Below the pieces are notes generated by a model. That model saw only the letters and a program-made list of their open reading frames with translations, did not search any database and was not told where the DNA came from. Below, one piece after another: positions 50,506 to 61,662 of a stretch of 64,000 nucleotides of DNA. Each line of letters starts with the position of its first letter. Position 1 is the first letter of the stretch. Origin of the DNA: an uncultured Thermoleophilia bacterium (GTDB lineage Bacteria; Actinomycetota; Thermoleophilia; UBA2241); assembly GCA_963715985.1 (NCBI GenBank), contig CAVQSP010000013.1:32001-96000 (forward strand). The letters are read 5' to 3'. Made by a program: the position numbers and the translations under genes.

Positions 50506-52038
50506 GTGGCGTTGTCGAGCTGCGCCGCGCCGCCGGCGTCGTGGTCCCGGCGGCGCTCGCCTGCGCGCGCCGCCGCGCTGCTCGCCGCCGTCATCTGCGG
50601 CGCCCCGGTCGCGGCTGCCGCCCCGGCTGCGCTCGTGACCCCGGCTCAGGACGCTTCCGGCGCGCTGTTCGCCGGGTCGCCCGCTCCCGGCAGCGGCGGC
50701 TGGTACTGGCCCATCGGCACCGAGGACTTCGGCAGCTACGCCGGGTTCCTGGCGCCGCGCGGCCAGAACGTGCATGTGGCGCAGGACATGCACGCCAAGA
50801 GGGGCAGCCCCGTCTACGCCGTCGGCGACGGCACGGTGTGGATCTCGCGCGCCGACACCGGCGGCTACGGCCCCAACGGCACGCCGGGCGGCTGCATCAT
50901 CATCGTCCACCGTACGGGCGCCGGGGAGGAGTTCCGGGCGCTGTACGGGCACGTGTCCAAGCTTCTGGTCAAGGACGGGGAGCGCGTGACGGCGGGCCAG
51001 AGGCTCGCGGTGGTCAACGGCTGCGACCACCTGCACTTCGGCATCCACCCGGACGAGGTCTACCGCGGCAAGAACCCGTACGCCGGCGAGGTGCCCAAGA
51101 GCTGGAAGGATCACGGCGGCTTCGTCGACCCCGTCGAGTACCTGCGCTCGCATCCGCGCGGGGCGAGCTACGCGGCGCCCGCGCTGCCGGTGTTCAGGGT
51201 CAAGACGGGCGCCGCACCGGCGGGCTTCGGCGCCGCCGCCGGCGTGGCCTACTGGACGGAGACGACGGGTACGGCGCCTGGGACGTATGCGGTGGACCTC
51301 GCCGGTGGCGAGCGGAGGGCGCTGGCGGCCGGCGAAGCGCCGCCGCCGTTCGACGCGGCTCGTTACCCCGTCAGCCTGCTCGCCGCCCCGGCGGTCGGCT
51401 TCGCCGTGCGCGACCGGCTGCCCGTGCTGACGCTCGCAGCGGCGTCCGAGGCCCCGGCCTGGGGTACGCCCGTGCGGTTGACCGGCAGACTGACCAACGC
51501 CGCGACCAAGCCGTTCCTGCTGGCCGGCGTGCGGCTGGAGAGGCTCGCCGGCTCCGCGTGGAAGGCAGTGGCCACGGCGCGCACGGACGCCGACGGCGCT
51601 GTGACCTTTGCGTACACGCCCGCGACGCGGACCACCCTGCGCGTCTCGTTTCTCCTGCCGGCCGACCAGCCGGCCGGGGCGACCTACGTGGCGCCGGAGG
51701 CGCCGGAGGTCGCCGTCGCCCCCAAGGTCCGGCTGAGTGCGCCTGTCGTCCCGGCCGCCGTGGCGCTGCGCGTGCCGGCGGCCTTCAGCGGCACCCTCGT
51801 GCCGCGTCACGCCGCCGGCGACGCCCCCGTGCGCCTGGAGTTCCAGCGCCTCAAGGAGGGCGCGTGGGCGGCCGCCAAGACCGTGAAGGGCACGGTCGCG
51901 GACGCGGCCGCCGGCTCCGCCTACTCGGCCGCCGTCAGTCTGAGCGCGGCCGGCAGCTGGCGGGTGCGTGCAGTGCACCCGGCCGACGCCGCCCACGCCG
52001 CGACCAGCACGGAGTGGCGCGTGTTCACCGTGCGCTGA
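50506..52038 (+). CDS. M23-family metallopeptidase with shared C-terminal domain
   Basis: HVAQD, PVYAVGDG, LYGH, HLHFGI; start uncertain. Confidence 0.8.
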   Translation: MALSSCAAPPASWSRRRSPARAAALLAAVICGAPVAAAAPAALVTPAQDASGALFAGSPAPGSGGWYWPIGTEDFGSYAGFLAPRGQNVHVAQDMHAKRGSPVYAVGDGTVWISRADTGGYGPNGTPGGCIIIVHRTGAGEEFRALYGHVSKLLVKDGERVTAGQRLAVVNGCDHLHFGIHPDEVYRGKNPYAGEVPKSWKDHGGFVDPVEYLRSHPRGASYAAPALPVFRVKTGAAPAGFGAAAGVAYWTETTGTAPGTYAVDLAGGERRALAAGEAPPPFDAARYPVSLLAAPAVGFAVRDRLPVLTLAAASEAPAWGTPVRLTGRLTNAATKPFLLAGVRLERLAGSAWKAVATARTDADGAVTFAYTPATRTTLRVSFLLPADQPAGATYVAPEAPEVAVAPKVRLSAPVVPAAVALRVPAAFSGTLVPRHAAGDAPVRLEFQRLKEGAWAAAKTVKGTVADAAAGSAYSAAVSLSAAGSWRVRAVHPADAAHAATSTEWRVFTVR

Positions 52039-52152
52039 GTCCCAGACTGCTCCTCCGCGTCACAGGGACCTCCGTCCGGCGCCGCCGATGGATGTGGCAT
52101 GCGGCGTGTCTCGGTGCTATGGTCTTCGGGCTGAGTCACAGCGAGGCAGCCC

Positions 52153-52245
52153 GGACGAACGTCGCGTGAGAGTCCGCGTGAGCGGACGCCGAAGGGGCAA
52201 GGCGCTTGCAGCGCCGAAACTCTCAGGCCAACGGAACGCGGCGGG
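52153..52245 (+). ncRNA. Glycine riboswitch (single aptamer)
   Basis: GTGAGAG...CGCCGAAGGGGCAA...GAAACTCTCAGG upstream of gcvH. Confidence 0.9.
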
Positions 52246-52291
52246 ACGGGCCCCCGGATGATCAGGCGCCGCCGCCGCGGCGCCGGCCGTC

Positions 52292-52326
52292 AGACAGGGT
52301 GGAGCTATCACCCTGTCTTTCTTTTT
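52292..52326 (+). terminator. Intrinsic terminator of the riboswitch expression platform
   Basis: AGACAGGGTG/CACCCTGTCT stem followed by TTCTTTTT. Confidence 0.85.
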
Positions 52327-52431
52327 GGCCGGCGCCGGGACCACGTGGTGGCCCTGCGCCGGGGCGTTTCCCCCGCCCGAGCGGCGGGCACGTTCGACAA
52401 GCGACCCGCGGCGGCGCCGACTGGAGGAACC

Positions 52432-52824
52432 ATGGCCGACGAGAGTTATCCCAAGGAGCTCAGCTACTACAAGGAACACGACTGGGTGCGCGTGGACGGT
52501 GAGGACGCCGTGTTCGGCATCACCTGGTTCGCGCAGGACGCCCTCGGCGAGATCGTGTATGCGGAACTGCCGGCAGTCGGCGACACCGTCACCGGCGGTG
52601 GCACCTACGGCGAACTCGAGTCCGTCAAGGCCGTGAGCGAGGTGTATGCGCCGCTCAGCGGCGAGGTGGTCGAGGTCAACGAGGCGCTGCAGGATGAGCC
52701 GCAGCGGGTGAACGAGGACTGCTACGGCGAGGGCTGGCTCATCCGCGTGCGCATGACCGCGCCGGGAGAACTGGGTGAGCTCATGGACGCCGACGAGTAC
52801 AAGGCGTTCCTCGACGAGGCCTGA
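52432..52824 (+). CDS. gcvH: Glycine cleavage H protein
   Basis: EHDW, GITWFAQDALG, ESVKAVS lipoyl-Lys. Confidence 0.95.
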   Translation: MADESYPKELSYYKEHDWVRVDGEDAVFGITWFAQDALGEIVYAELPAVGDTVTGGGTYGELESVKAVSEVYAPLSGEVVEVNEALQDEPQRVNEDCYGEGWLIRVRMTAPGELGELMDADEYKAFLDEA

Positions 52825-52825
52825 G

Positions 52826-54230
52826 GTGTCCGGCGGCACCGTCGATTACGTCCCCCACAGCGAGGCGGACGTTCGGCAGATGATGGACGCTCTGGGGGCG
52901 TCGAGCGGCGATGAGCTCTTCGACCGCGTGCCGGAGAGTGTGCGCCGGCGTGAGCCGCTGGACCTGCCCGCCGGCCTCAGCGAGGTGGAGGTGGCCGCAG
53001 ACCTGCGCCGCCTGGCGGCGGCAGACTGCCCGGCCACCGGGCTCGTGAGCTTCCTGGGGGCCGGCATCTACGACCACTACGTGCCGGCCGTGGTGGACGC
53101 GGTGGTCTCGCGCAGCGAGTTCCTCACCGCGTACACGCCCTACCAGCCGGAGCGCAGCCAGGGCGTGCTGCAGAGCATCTTCGAGTTCCAGACGGCGGTC
53201 TGCGAGCTGACCGGCCTGGACGTGAGCAACGCCTCCATGTACGACGCCGGCACGGCGCTGGCAGAGGCGTCCGTGCTCGCCGGCACCCAGACGCGGCGCG
53301 GCAGCCTGCTGGTCAGCGCCGGCGTGCACCCCGAGTACCGCCAGGTGCTCGCCACCGAGACGGCGGGCTTCGGCCCGCGGCCGCAGGTGATCGGGCTGGT
53401 CGTCAGGTGCCGTGACGGATCTGGACGCCCTGCGGGCGGCCGCCGGCGACGACACGGCCGCCGTGGTCGTGCAGCAGCCCAACTTCTTCGGCGGCCTCGA
53501 AGACGTTGCCGCCGCCGCCGAGATCGCGCACGCGGCCGGCGCCCTGCTCGTCGTGGTCGCCGATCCACTCACGCTGGGCCTGCTGGAGGCCCCGGGGCGC
53601 CTCGGCGCGGACATCGCCATCGGCGAGATGCAGTCCTTCGGCGGCGCCATGGACTTCGGCGGGCCGGGCCTCGGCTACATGGCCGTCACCGCGAAGCTCA
53701 TGCGCCGCATCCCCGGCCGCCTCGTGGGCCAGACTCTGGACGTGGAGGGCCGGCGCGGCTTCGTGCTCACGCTGCAGACGCGCGAGCAGCACATCCGCCG
53801 CGAGAAGGCCACGAGCAACATCTGTTCCAACCACGCGCTCAACGCGCTTGCCGCCCTCGTCCACCTGTCGTGGCTCGGGCGCGAGGGCCTCGCCGAGCTC
53901 GGGCTGCTCTGTGCGCGCAAGGCGCACTACCTGCGGGCGCGGCTGCTCGAGCTGCCCGGCGTGAGCGCGTACACCGAGGGCCCGGTGGTCCGCGAGTTCG
54001 CCGTGCGCCTGCCCGTGCCGGCCGCCGATCTCGTCGACGCGCTGGTGCCGGCCGGCATCCTCGCCGGCGTGCCCGCCGGCCGTATCGCCGGCCGTCTGCC
54101 GGCGACGGGCGGCGACGAGGACCTCGACGACGTCCTCCTCGTCGCCGTCACCGAGCGGCGCACGCGCGCCGAGCTCGACGCCTACGTGGCCGCCGTGTCG
54201 GCCGCCCTCGCAGGGGAGGTGGCGCCGTGA
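52826..54230 (+). CDS. gcvPA: Glycine decarboxylase subunit 1 (frameshift near 53400)
   Basis: TAYTPYQPE, NASMYD, REQHIRREKATSNIC. Confidence 0.93.
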
Positions 54231-55730
54231 GCGACGCTCGGCCAGCCGCGGCCGGCCTGGACCGCCGCACCATCTACGAGAAGTCGTGCTGCGGCCGCAC
54301 GGCGTACAGCCTGCCCGCCTGCGACGTGCCCGAGGTGCCTGCTCGACGAGCTCATCCCCGAGCGGCTGCGGCGCACGGAGCCACCCCGCCTGCCGGAGAT
54401 CAGCGAGATCGACCTGCTGCGCCACTTCACGGGCCTCTCCACGCTCAACTTCGGGGTGGAGAGCGGCAGCTACCCGCTGGGCTCGTGCACGATGAAGTAC
54501 AACCCCAAGGCCAATGAGGTGGCCGCCCGGCTCGAAGGCCTCAGCGGCCTGCACCCCTACCAGCCGGAGTCGCTCGTACAGGGCGCGCTCGAGCTGATGT
54601 ACGAGCTCGAGCGCTGGCTCGCCGAGATCGCCGGCCTCACGCGCACCACGCTGCAGCCGGCGGCGGGTGCACACGGCGAGCTCACCGGCCTGCTGGTCAT
54701 GCGCGCCCACCATCAGGCCACGGGCCGCGATCCGAAGCGCATCATCATCCCCGACACGGCCCACGGCACGAACCCCGCCAGCGTCGTGATGGCCGGGTAC
54801 CAGCCGGCGGCTGTGGCCAGCGACGCGCGGGGCGGCGTGGACCTTGCGTCCCTCGAGACGTTGCTGGACGACGACCTCGCGGGGCTCATGCTCACCAACC
54901 CCAACACGCTGGGCGTGTTCGACGAGAACATCGTCGAGATCGCGCGCCTGGTGCACGAGGCCGGCGGCCTGCTCTACTACGACGGTGCCAACAGCAACGC
55001 CGTGCTGGGCGTGAGCCGTCCCGGTGATATGGGCTTCGACATCGTCCACTTCAACACGCACAAGACCTTCAGCACGCCGCACGGCGGCGGCGGCCCCGGA
55101 GCCGGGCCCATCGTCGTCCGCGACACACTCGCTCCGTACCTGCCGGTGCCGCTGGTGGAGAAGACCGATGAGGGTCGCTACTACCTCGACTACGACCTTC
55201 CGCAGAGCATCGGCAAGATGCGCACCTTCTACGGCAACTTCGGCGTGCTGGTGCGCGCCTACACCTACATCCGCGGCCTCGGCCCGGAGGGCCTGCGCCG
55301 CGTCAGCGAGACGGCGGTGCTCAACGCCAACTACGTGATGGAGGGCATCCGCGACCTGTTCGCCGTGCCCTACGAGGGCCGCTGCATGCACGAGTTCGTG
55401 GCCAGCGCCACGCCGCTCAAGGAGAAGTACGGCGTGCGTGCCCTGGACGTGGCCAAGCGCCTGCTCGACTACGGCGTCCACCCGCCCACCACGTACTTCC
55501 CGCTCATCGTCGACGAGGCGCTCATGATCGAGCCCACGGAGACGGAGTCGCGGGAGGACCTGGACCGGCTCATCGAGGCGTTCCGGCAGATCGTCCGGGA
55601 GGCGGAGACCGACCCCGATATGCTGCGGGAGGCGCCGCTCACCATGCCGGTGCGACGTCTGGACGAGGCCGAGGCCGCGCGCCACCCCATCCTGCACCAG
55701 CGCTTCGAGAACGGGGAGGCGTGCCCCTGA
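54227..55730 (+). CDS. gcvPB: Glycine decarboxylase subunit 2 (frameshift near 54335)
   Basis: YPLGSCTMKYNP, HGTNPAS, HKTFSTPHGGGGPG. Confidence 0.93.
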
Positions 55731-55758
55731 GGGCCGCCGCCTCCTGGAAGCCACTGCC

Positions 55759-56433
55759 GTGAGCATCGTCCAGGTGTTGCCCGAGCTACGGGCCTCCGGC
55801 GCTGCGCAGATGGCGCTCGATACCGGCCTGCTGCAGACGGCGGACAAGGTGATCGCACGCAGGTACACGTGGGCGCCGGCGGCGCTCTCCCTGGGTCGGT
55901 TCCAGAAGTACGAGGCGGTGCCGAAGCTGCCGTTCGACGTCGTACGGCGGCCGTCCGGCGGCCGCGCCGTGCTGCACGGCGAGGCCTTCGAGTGGTCCTT
56001 CGCCGTGGCCTTCCCTGCGGGGGCGCTGGGGTCCGGAGCTCGCGCCGGCGTCGACGTGGAGAGGCCCTACGACATCGTGGCCGGCGCCTTCGCCGGCGCC
56101 TTCGAGGCGCTGGGCGTGCAGCTGGACGGTGGCCGAGCCGAGCCGTACCATCGTTCGGCCCTCTGCTTCGCGACCTCGCTTCGCCACGATCTGCTGGCCC
56201 GCGGCGAGAAGCTGGTCGCCGTCGCCCAGGCACGGGCCGGCGGGCGGGTGCTCGTGCACGGGTCCGTGCTCGAGCGGCGCCCGCCGGAAGAACTGACGCA
56301 GGTCGTGGAGACGCTGCTGGGCGAGCCCTGGCTGGGCGAGGGGCTGGCCGGGGCCGGCTACGTGCTGGCGCCGGAGATGATCTGGAAGCGCGTTCTCGTG
56401 AGACTGGAGGCCGCCCTGCGGGCGGCCTCGTGA
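55759..56433 (+). CDS. Lipoate-protein ligase/octanoyltransferase family protein
   Basis: MALD, LSLGRFQ, RRPSGGRAVLH, KLVAVAQ, HGS. Confidence 0.85.
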   Translation: MSIVQVLPELRASGAAQMALDTGLLQTADKVIARRYTWAPAALSLGRFQKYEAVPKLPFDVVRRPSGGRAVLHGEAFEWSFAVAFPAGALGSGARAGVDVERPYDIVAGAFAGAFEALGVQLDGGRAEPYHRSALCFATSLRHDLLARGEKLVAVAQARAGGRVLVHGSVLERRPPEELTQVVETLLGEPWLGEGLAGAGYVLAPEMIWKRVLVRLEAALRAAS

Positions 56434-56443
56434 GGAGGAGACG

Positions 56444-57850
56444 ATGACGAAGGTCCTGGTCCTGGGCGGTGGCCCCGCCGGGTACGTGGCGGCCGGCCGT
56501 GCCGCGCAGCTGGGTGCCGAGGTCGAGCTGGTCGAGGCGCGCGACATCGGCGGCACCTGCCTGAACCGCGGGTGCGTGCCGACCAAGGCCATGGTGGCCG
56601 GTGCGGAGCGCCTGCACCAGGCGCAGGCAGCGGCCGCGTACGGCGTGCTGGTCGGCACCGTGGGCCTGGACTTCGCCGCCTTCATGGCGCGCAAGGAGGC
56701 GGTCACGACGCAACTGCGCGACGGCGTCGTGCACCTGCTCAAGTCGCGCAAGGTGCAGGTCGTGGCCGGGCAGGCTTCGCTCGCGGGCCCCGGCCGTCTG
56801 GCTCTTGCCCCCGGCGCCGTGCTGCCCGACGGGAGCGTGCTCGAGGAGGGCGGCGAGCTCGAAGGTGACGCCGTCATCCTCTGCAGCGGCTCCGAGCCGG
56901 TGCGCATGCGCCTGTTCGACTGGTCTGACGCGCGCCTCATCACCAGCGACGAACTGCTGGCGATCGACGAAGTACCGGAGAGCCTGGCCATCGTCGGCGG
57001 CGGCGTGATCGGCTGCGAGTTCGCCAGCGTGTTCAACCGCCTCGGCAGTGAGGTGACCGTTGTCGAGATGCTCGATCAGCTGCTGCCCGGGGAGGACAAA
57101 CGGACCGGGCGGACGCTGCAGCAGGCGTTCAAGAAGGCCGGCATCGGCGTGCACGTCAAGGCCGGTGTGGAAGAGGCCGTGGCGGGCGAAGCCGGCGTGA
57201 CGCTGCGTCTCGCCGGCGGCGCCGAGGTCACGGCCGCGCGCGTGCTGGTGGCCGTCGGCCGCAAGCCCGTGAGCGCCGGCCTGGGCTACGCCGAGGCCGG
57301 CGTGCAGATCGACGAGCGCGGCTTCGTGGTCACCGACGGGAGTTGCCGCACCACGTTGCCGGGCGTGTTCGCGGCGGGCGACGTGGCCGGCCCGCCCCTG
57401 CTCGCGCACTGGGCCTACCACCAGGGCGCCATCGCCGCCGAGAACGCGGCCACCGGTTCGAACCTGGTCTGCGACCGCTCGCTCGTGCCCAGCTGCGTGT
57501 TCAGCTCGCCGGAAGTGGCCTCCTGCGGCCTCACCGAGGACAAGGCGGCGGCCGACGGCGTGGCCCACGAGGTCGCGCACGTGCGCTTCAACGGCAACTC
57601 CAAGGCCGTGTGCGACGGCGACGCCGACGGCTACGTGCGCATCGTCTGCGAGCCCGGCGGCGGGCGCGTGCTCGGCGCCAGCCTTGTCGGCCCGCACGTC
57701 ACCGAGCTCGTCCACGAGATCGCCCTGGCGGCGCACGCCGGGCTTGCTCTGGCCGACGTGGCCGCCACGATCCACGCCCATCCGACGCTGTCGGAGGCGG
57801 TCGGGGAGGCTGCACTGGGAGGCCTCGGCCGCGGCGTGCACAGTCTCTGA
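56444..57850 (+). CDS. lpdA: Dihydrolipoyl dehydrogenase
   Basis: GGGPAG, GGTCLNRGCVP, GGGVIG, HAHPTLSE. Confidence 0.95.
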   Translation: MTKVLVLGGGPAGYVAAGRAAQLGAEVELVEARDIGGTCLNRGCVPTKAMVAGAERLHQAQAAAAYGVLVGTVGLDFAAFMARKEAVTTQLRDGVVHLLKSRKVQVVAGQASLAGPGRLALAPGAVLPDGSVLEEGGELEGDAVILCSGSEPVRMRLFDWSDARLITSDELLAIDEVPESLAIVGGGVIGCEFASVFNRLGSEVTVVEMLDQLLPGEDKRTGRTLQQAFKKAGIGVHVKAGVEEAVAGEAGVTLRLAGGAEVTAARVLVAVGRKPVSAGLGYAEAGVQIDERGFVVTDGSCRTTLPGVFAAGDVAGPPLLAHWAYHQGAIAAENAATGSNLVCDRSLVPSCVFSSPEVASCGLTEDKAAADGVAHEVAHVRFNGNSKAVCDGDADGYVRIVCEPGGGRVLGASLVGPHVTELVHEIALAAHAGLALADVAATIHAHPTLSEAVGEAALGGLGRGVHSL

Positions 57851-57856
57851 GATGCC

Positions 57857-58900
57857 GTGAGCGGAGCGGCGGGCAGCGGGCAGGGCGAGCGCCACGGGGC
57901 GGGCAGCGGGCAGGGCGAGCACCACGGGGCGGCCCGCCCGGGGCGCAAGCCTGCGTGGCTCAAACGGGCGGCGCCGGCACCGCGGCAGTATCGCGCTACC
58001 GGCGCCCTGCTCGACGAGCTCGACCTGCACACCGTGTGCGACGAGGCGCGCTGTCCCAACAAGGGCGAGTGCTTCTCCGCCGGCACGGCGACCTTTCTGA
58101 TCCTCGGCGACGCCTGCACGCGGGCCTGCCGCTTCTGCTCGGTGACACATGCCGCGCCGCAGGCCGCGGGCGGCGGCGCGGGCGGGCCGGCGGCGCCGAC
58201 GGTCGCGCGCTGCGCGCTCGACGAAGATGAGCCCGGCCGCGTGGCCGCCGCCGCGGAGCGCCTCGGCCTGCGCCACGTGGTCATCACCAGCGTGACTCGC
58301 GACGATCTGCCGGACGGCGGCGCCGGCCACTTCGCGGCCGCCGTCGCCGCCGTGCGCGAACGACTTCCGGGAGCCACCGTCGAAGTCCTCATCCCCGACC
58401 TGGGCGGCGACGAAGCGGCACTGCGCGCCGTCCTCGCCGCCCGGCCCGACGTGCTCGGGCACAACCTCGAGACCGTGCCGCGGCTGTACACGGAGGTGCG
58501 ACCGCAGGCCGGCTACGAGCGCTCGCTCGACCTGCTTCGCCGGGCGGCCGATTGGGCGCGCGGTGCCGCGTACGGGGCGGATGGCGCCGCGCCATCGCCG
58601 GTCCGTCCTCTCGTGAAGACCGGCCTCATGGCAGGCCTCGGGGAGAGCGTCGCCGAGGTGGACGCGGTGCTGGCCGGCTGCGCCGCCGCCGGAGTGGACC
58701 TCGTGACCATCGGGCAGTACCTGCAGCCCCGGCGGGACTGCCTGCCGGTGCGGCGCTTCGTGACGCCGGCGGAGTTCGCCGCGTGGGAGCGCCGCGGCGA
58801 GGAGCTCGGGCTGAGGGTGACGGCGGCGCCGTTCGTGCGCTCGTCGTACCGCGCCGGAGAGGCGCTTCACCGCGCTCGTCCGGATGGCGCCTCCGCGTGA
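57857..58900 (+). CDS. lipA: Lipoyl synthase
   Basis: CDEARCPNKGEC, CTRACRFC, GQYLQP, VRSSY. Confidence 0.95.
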   Translation: MSGAAGSGQGERHGAGSGQGEHHGAARPGRKPAWLKRAAPAPRQYRATGALLDELDLHTVCDEARCPNKGECFSAGTATFLILGDACTRACRFCSVTHAAPQAAGGGAGGPAAPTVARCALDEDEPGRVAAAAERLGLRHVVITSVTRDDLPDGGAGHFAAAVAAVRERLPGATVEVLIPDLGGDEAALRAVLAARPDVLGHNLETVPRLYTEVRPQAGYERSLDLLRRAADWARGAAYGADGAAPSPVRPLVKTGLMAGLGESVAEVDAVLAGCAAAGVDLVTIGQYLQPRRDCLPVRRFVTPAEFAAWERRGEELGLRVTAAPFVRSSYRAGEALHRARPDGASA

Positions 58901-59646
58901 CCGCCGGCGGACAGACTCCCGTCGCGCGCCTCTCACTGCCACTGCCCACGCCGGCGCTCGTCCTCTTCGACCTCGACTACACGCTGCTGCGCCCCAGCGA
59001 CCTCTTCGAGGCGCCCGGATACCGCCGCACCGGCGAGCGCTTCGGCCTCGACCTTGACGTGGCGCGCTGGCCGCAGGCGGAGCGGCGCGCCTACGCCGCC
59101 GTCAAGGCACGGAGGGCGCGGACCGGCGACGCCCACGACGACGGCCTCGTCCCCGTCATCGCGCGCGCCGTCATCGAGGGGCTCGGCGGCGGTCAGCCCG
59201 GTGCCGTGGACGCCACGGTAGCGGCGGTGTCGGACGCCTGGACGCGGGCCGAGAACTTCGGTCTGTACGAGGACGTCCTCCCGTGCCTGCGCACCCTGCG
59301 CGCCGCCGGGGTGCGCATGGCACTGGCATCCAACGCCATCGGCCACGGGCTTGAGGAGATGGTCGCGCACTTCGCCCTCGACCAGTTCTTCGCGGCGAGC
59401 GCCTCCAGCGCCAAGGTGGGCGTGGTCAAGCCCTCGTGCGCCGTCTTCGAGCACGTGCTGCGGGAGCTGGACGTGCCCCCGGCGGCGGCTGTGATGGTGG
59501 GAGACAGCGTGGAGGACGACGTGGAGGGGGCGCTCGCATGCGGCCTCTCGGCGATCCTGCTGGATCGCGCCGGGCGCGCCGCGGACTCACTGCTGCCGAG
59601 CATCCGCTCGCTGAGCGAGCTCCCGGCCGCCCTCAGCGTGCGCTGA
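58897..59646 (+). CDS. HAD-family hydrolase
   Basis: FDLDYTL, SN, KP, VGDSVEDD. Confidence 0.85.
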   Translation: MTAGGQTPVARLSLPLPTPALVLFDLDYTLLRPSDLFEAPGYRRTGERFGLDLDVARWPQAERRAYAAVKARRARTGDAHDDGLVPVIARAVIEGLGGGQPGAVDATVAAVSDAWTRAENFGLYEDVLPCLRTLRAAGVRMALASNAIGHGLEEMVAHFALDQFFAASASSAKVGVVKPSCAVFEHVLRELDVPPAAAVMVGDSVEDDVEGALACGLSAILLDRAGRAADSLLPSIRSLSELPAALSVR

Positions 59647-59700
59647 TCCTCAGCGTGCGGCGAGCCTGAGGCGCCTCGCACGCCGAGCCCGATCCGTGGC

Positions 59701-61662
59701 TCAGTCCGTGAGGTCGGAGAGCGTGGGGCCGCCCTTGCGGGGCAGGCTCGCCGGCGGCGTCACAGGGAGGTCCACGGCGCCGTCGGCGGTGAAGAGGATC
59801 GCGCCGCCGCCGCCCGCCAGCCACAGGTGCGAGGCGTCTGCGGAGGCGAGTCCGTACACGTCGGTCGCCGTCACGGGCAGCGCGGGCGACCACGTGGCGC
59901 CGCCGTCTGCAGTGCGCAAGCAGCACGCCGGCGCCCCCAGCCGCCCAGCCGTGCAGGCCGTCGACGAACTCGATGGTCTGCAGCGCCGTCGTGGTCGCAG
60001 CCACCTTGGCCCAGCTGGCGCCGCCGTCGACGGTGCGCAGGATCACTCCGGACTGGTAGTCCCCGTCGGGGCCGTAGTCGGCGCCCACTGCGCACCCCTC
60101 GAAGGGGCCCGTGAAGGCCACGTCGCGCAGGGCGCCCCAGATGTCCACACGGTGTGGATCGCCAGCTGCCACCGCCGTCGGACGTGGTGAGCACGACGCC
60201 GCGGCCCTGGCCCCACGCGTCGCCGCCCACGGCCACGCCTCGCGAGGAGTCGAGGACACTCACCGCGTGCAGCTCGGTGTCGGCGTCCACACCGGAGTCC
60301 TGGGAGGACCACGACGAGCCGCCGTCGGGCGTGCGCAGCACCGTGCCGCCGCCGCCGACCGCCCAGCCGGCGCCGTCGTCACCGAGGCTCACGCCGAAGA
60401 GGTCGAAGGATGTGGGGGAGCTCGCCTGGCCCCAGCGGCCACCCCCATCACGCGTGGCCAGTACCACGCCGCCGGCGCCCACGGCGCAGCCGCGTCCATC
60501 GGGGGCGAACGCGACGGCGTCCAGGCGGCTGCCGACCGGCGTCTGCACCTGGCTCCAGGTACGCCCGTCGGGGGCGCTGAGCACGGTGCCCGAGTCGCCG
60601 ACGGCCCAGACCTCCGACGCGCCGCGAGCGACGATGTCGCGCACGCGCAGCTTCGGCCCGCTGGCCACCGACGTCCAGAGGCGGCCGCCGTCGGTGCTGC
60701 GCATGATGTCGCCGTGTGTGCCGACGGCGAGGCAGGAGAGGCCGACGGCGTCCACGCCGAGTACGGTGGTGACGGGCAGTGGCGCGTTCTGCTGCCAGGA
60801 GCGCCCCGCGTCGGTGCTCACGTAGCTGAGGCCGCGGTCGCCGGCGACCACCACGGTGCGCGCGTCCACCTTCGCGAGCCCGTACATGGTCTCGAGCGTG
60901 CCGGTGTCGACGCGCCTCCACGTGGGGCCGGCGTTGGCCGTGCGCCACACGATGCCGCGGGAGGAGGCGACGAGGACGGTCTTCGCGTCGAGCATGAGCA
61001 CGTCGTGGAGCACGCCGAACACCTCGGGTCCGCGCAACGCCCAGGTGCGCCCGCGGTCGCCGCTGTACACCAGCGTGCCGAGATCGCCCACCGCCCAGCC
61101 GCGGCCGCGGCCGTCGAAGGTGACGCCGTACAGGTTGTGGGGCGTGTGGCTCGGGCAGCGGCTCCAGGTGACGCCGCCGTCGGTGGTGCGCAGGATCAAG
61201 CCGTGTTCGCCTACGGCCACGGCCTCCCCCGGCAGCGGCGATTCAACGGCCATCAGCGACGCCGACGTGCCCGCCGTCTGCCGCAGCCAGGTGAGGCCGC
61301 CGTCGATGGTGGTCGAGTACCACGCCGCCGGCGCCGACCGCCCACCCCTGGCCGGTGGAACGCAGGCGTACGCCGAACAGCGTCTGGCCCACGCCGGAGA
61401 TGGCGCGATTCCAGCTGGCGCCTCCGTCTACGGTCGTGAGGATCGTGCCGGCGTCGCCAACTGCCACCGCGCGCCACGCGTCGATCACCTGCACGGAGCC
61501 CAGGGAGTTGCCCTGCGGCAGCGGGTTCTGCCACACCCAGAGCGGCTGCTGGGGCGGAGGGATGCTGACGGACGCGGGCACGGCCGCGGGCAGGGCGACA
61601 ACGGCGAGCAGTGCGGTGGCCAGAGCCAGGACGGCCGTCAGAAGGGTGGATCCGCGCCTCAC
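59701..61662 (-). CDS. Secreted Ycf48/BNR-repeat beta-propeller protein (frameshifts)
   Basis: WQNPLPQGN, many AVG..G.IL.T.DGG..W repeats; signal peptide. Confidence 0.8.

Noticed and set aside
57869-57931. 30-bp tandem duplication at the start of lipA (AGSGQGE[RH]HG twice)
   Set aside because: In-frame duplication in a variable N-terminal extension; no sign of function.
55469-58942. Very long antisense and alternate-frame ORFs (this 1157-aa one, also 2782-5544 and most of 40966-43572)
   Set aside because: Shadow ORFs typical of high-GC DNA opposite well-supported genes; Arg/Ala/Gly-rich with no motifs.
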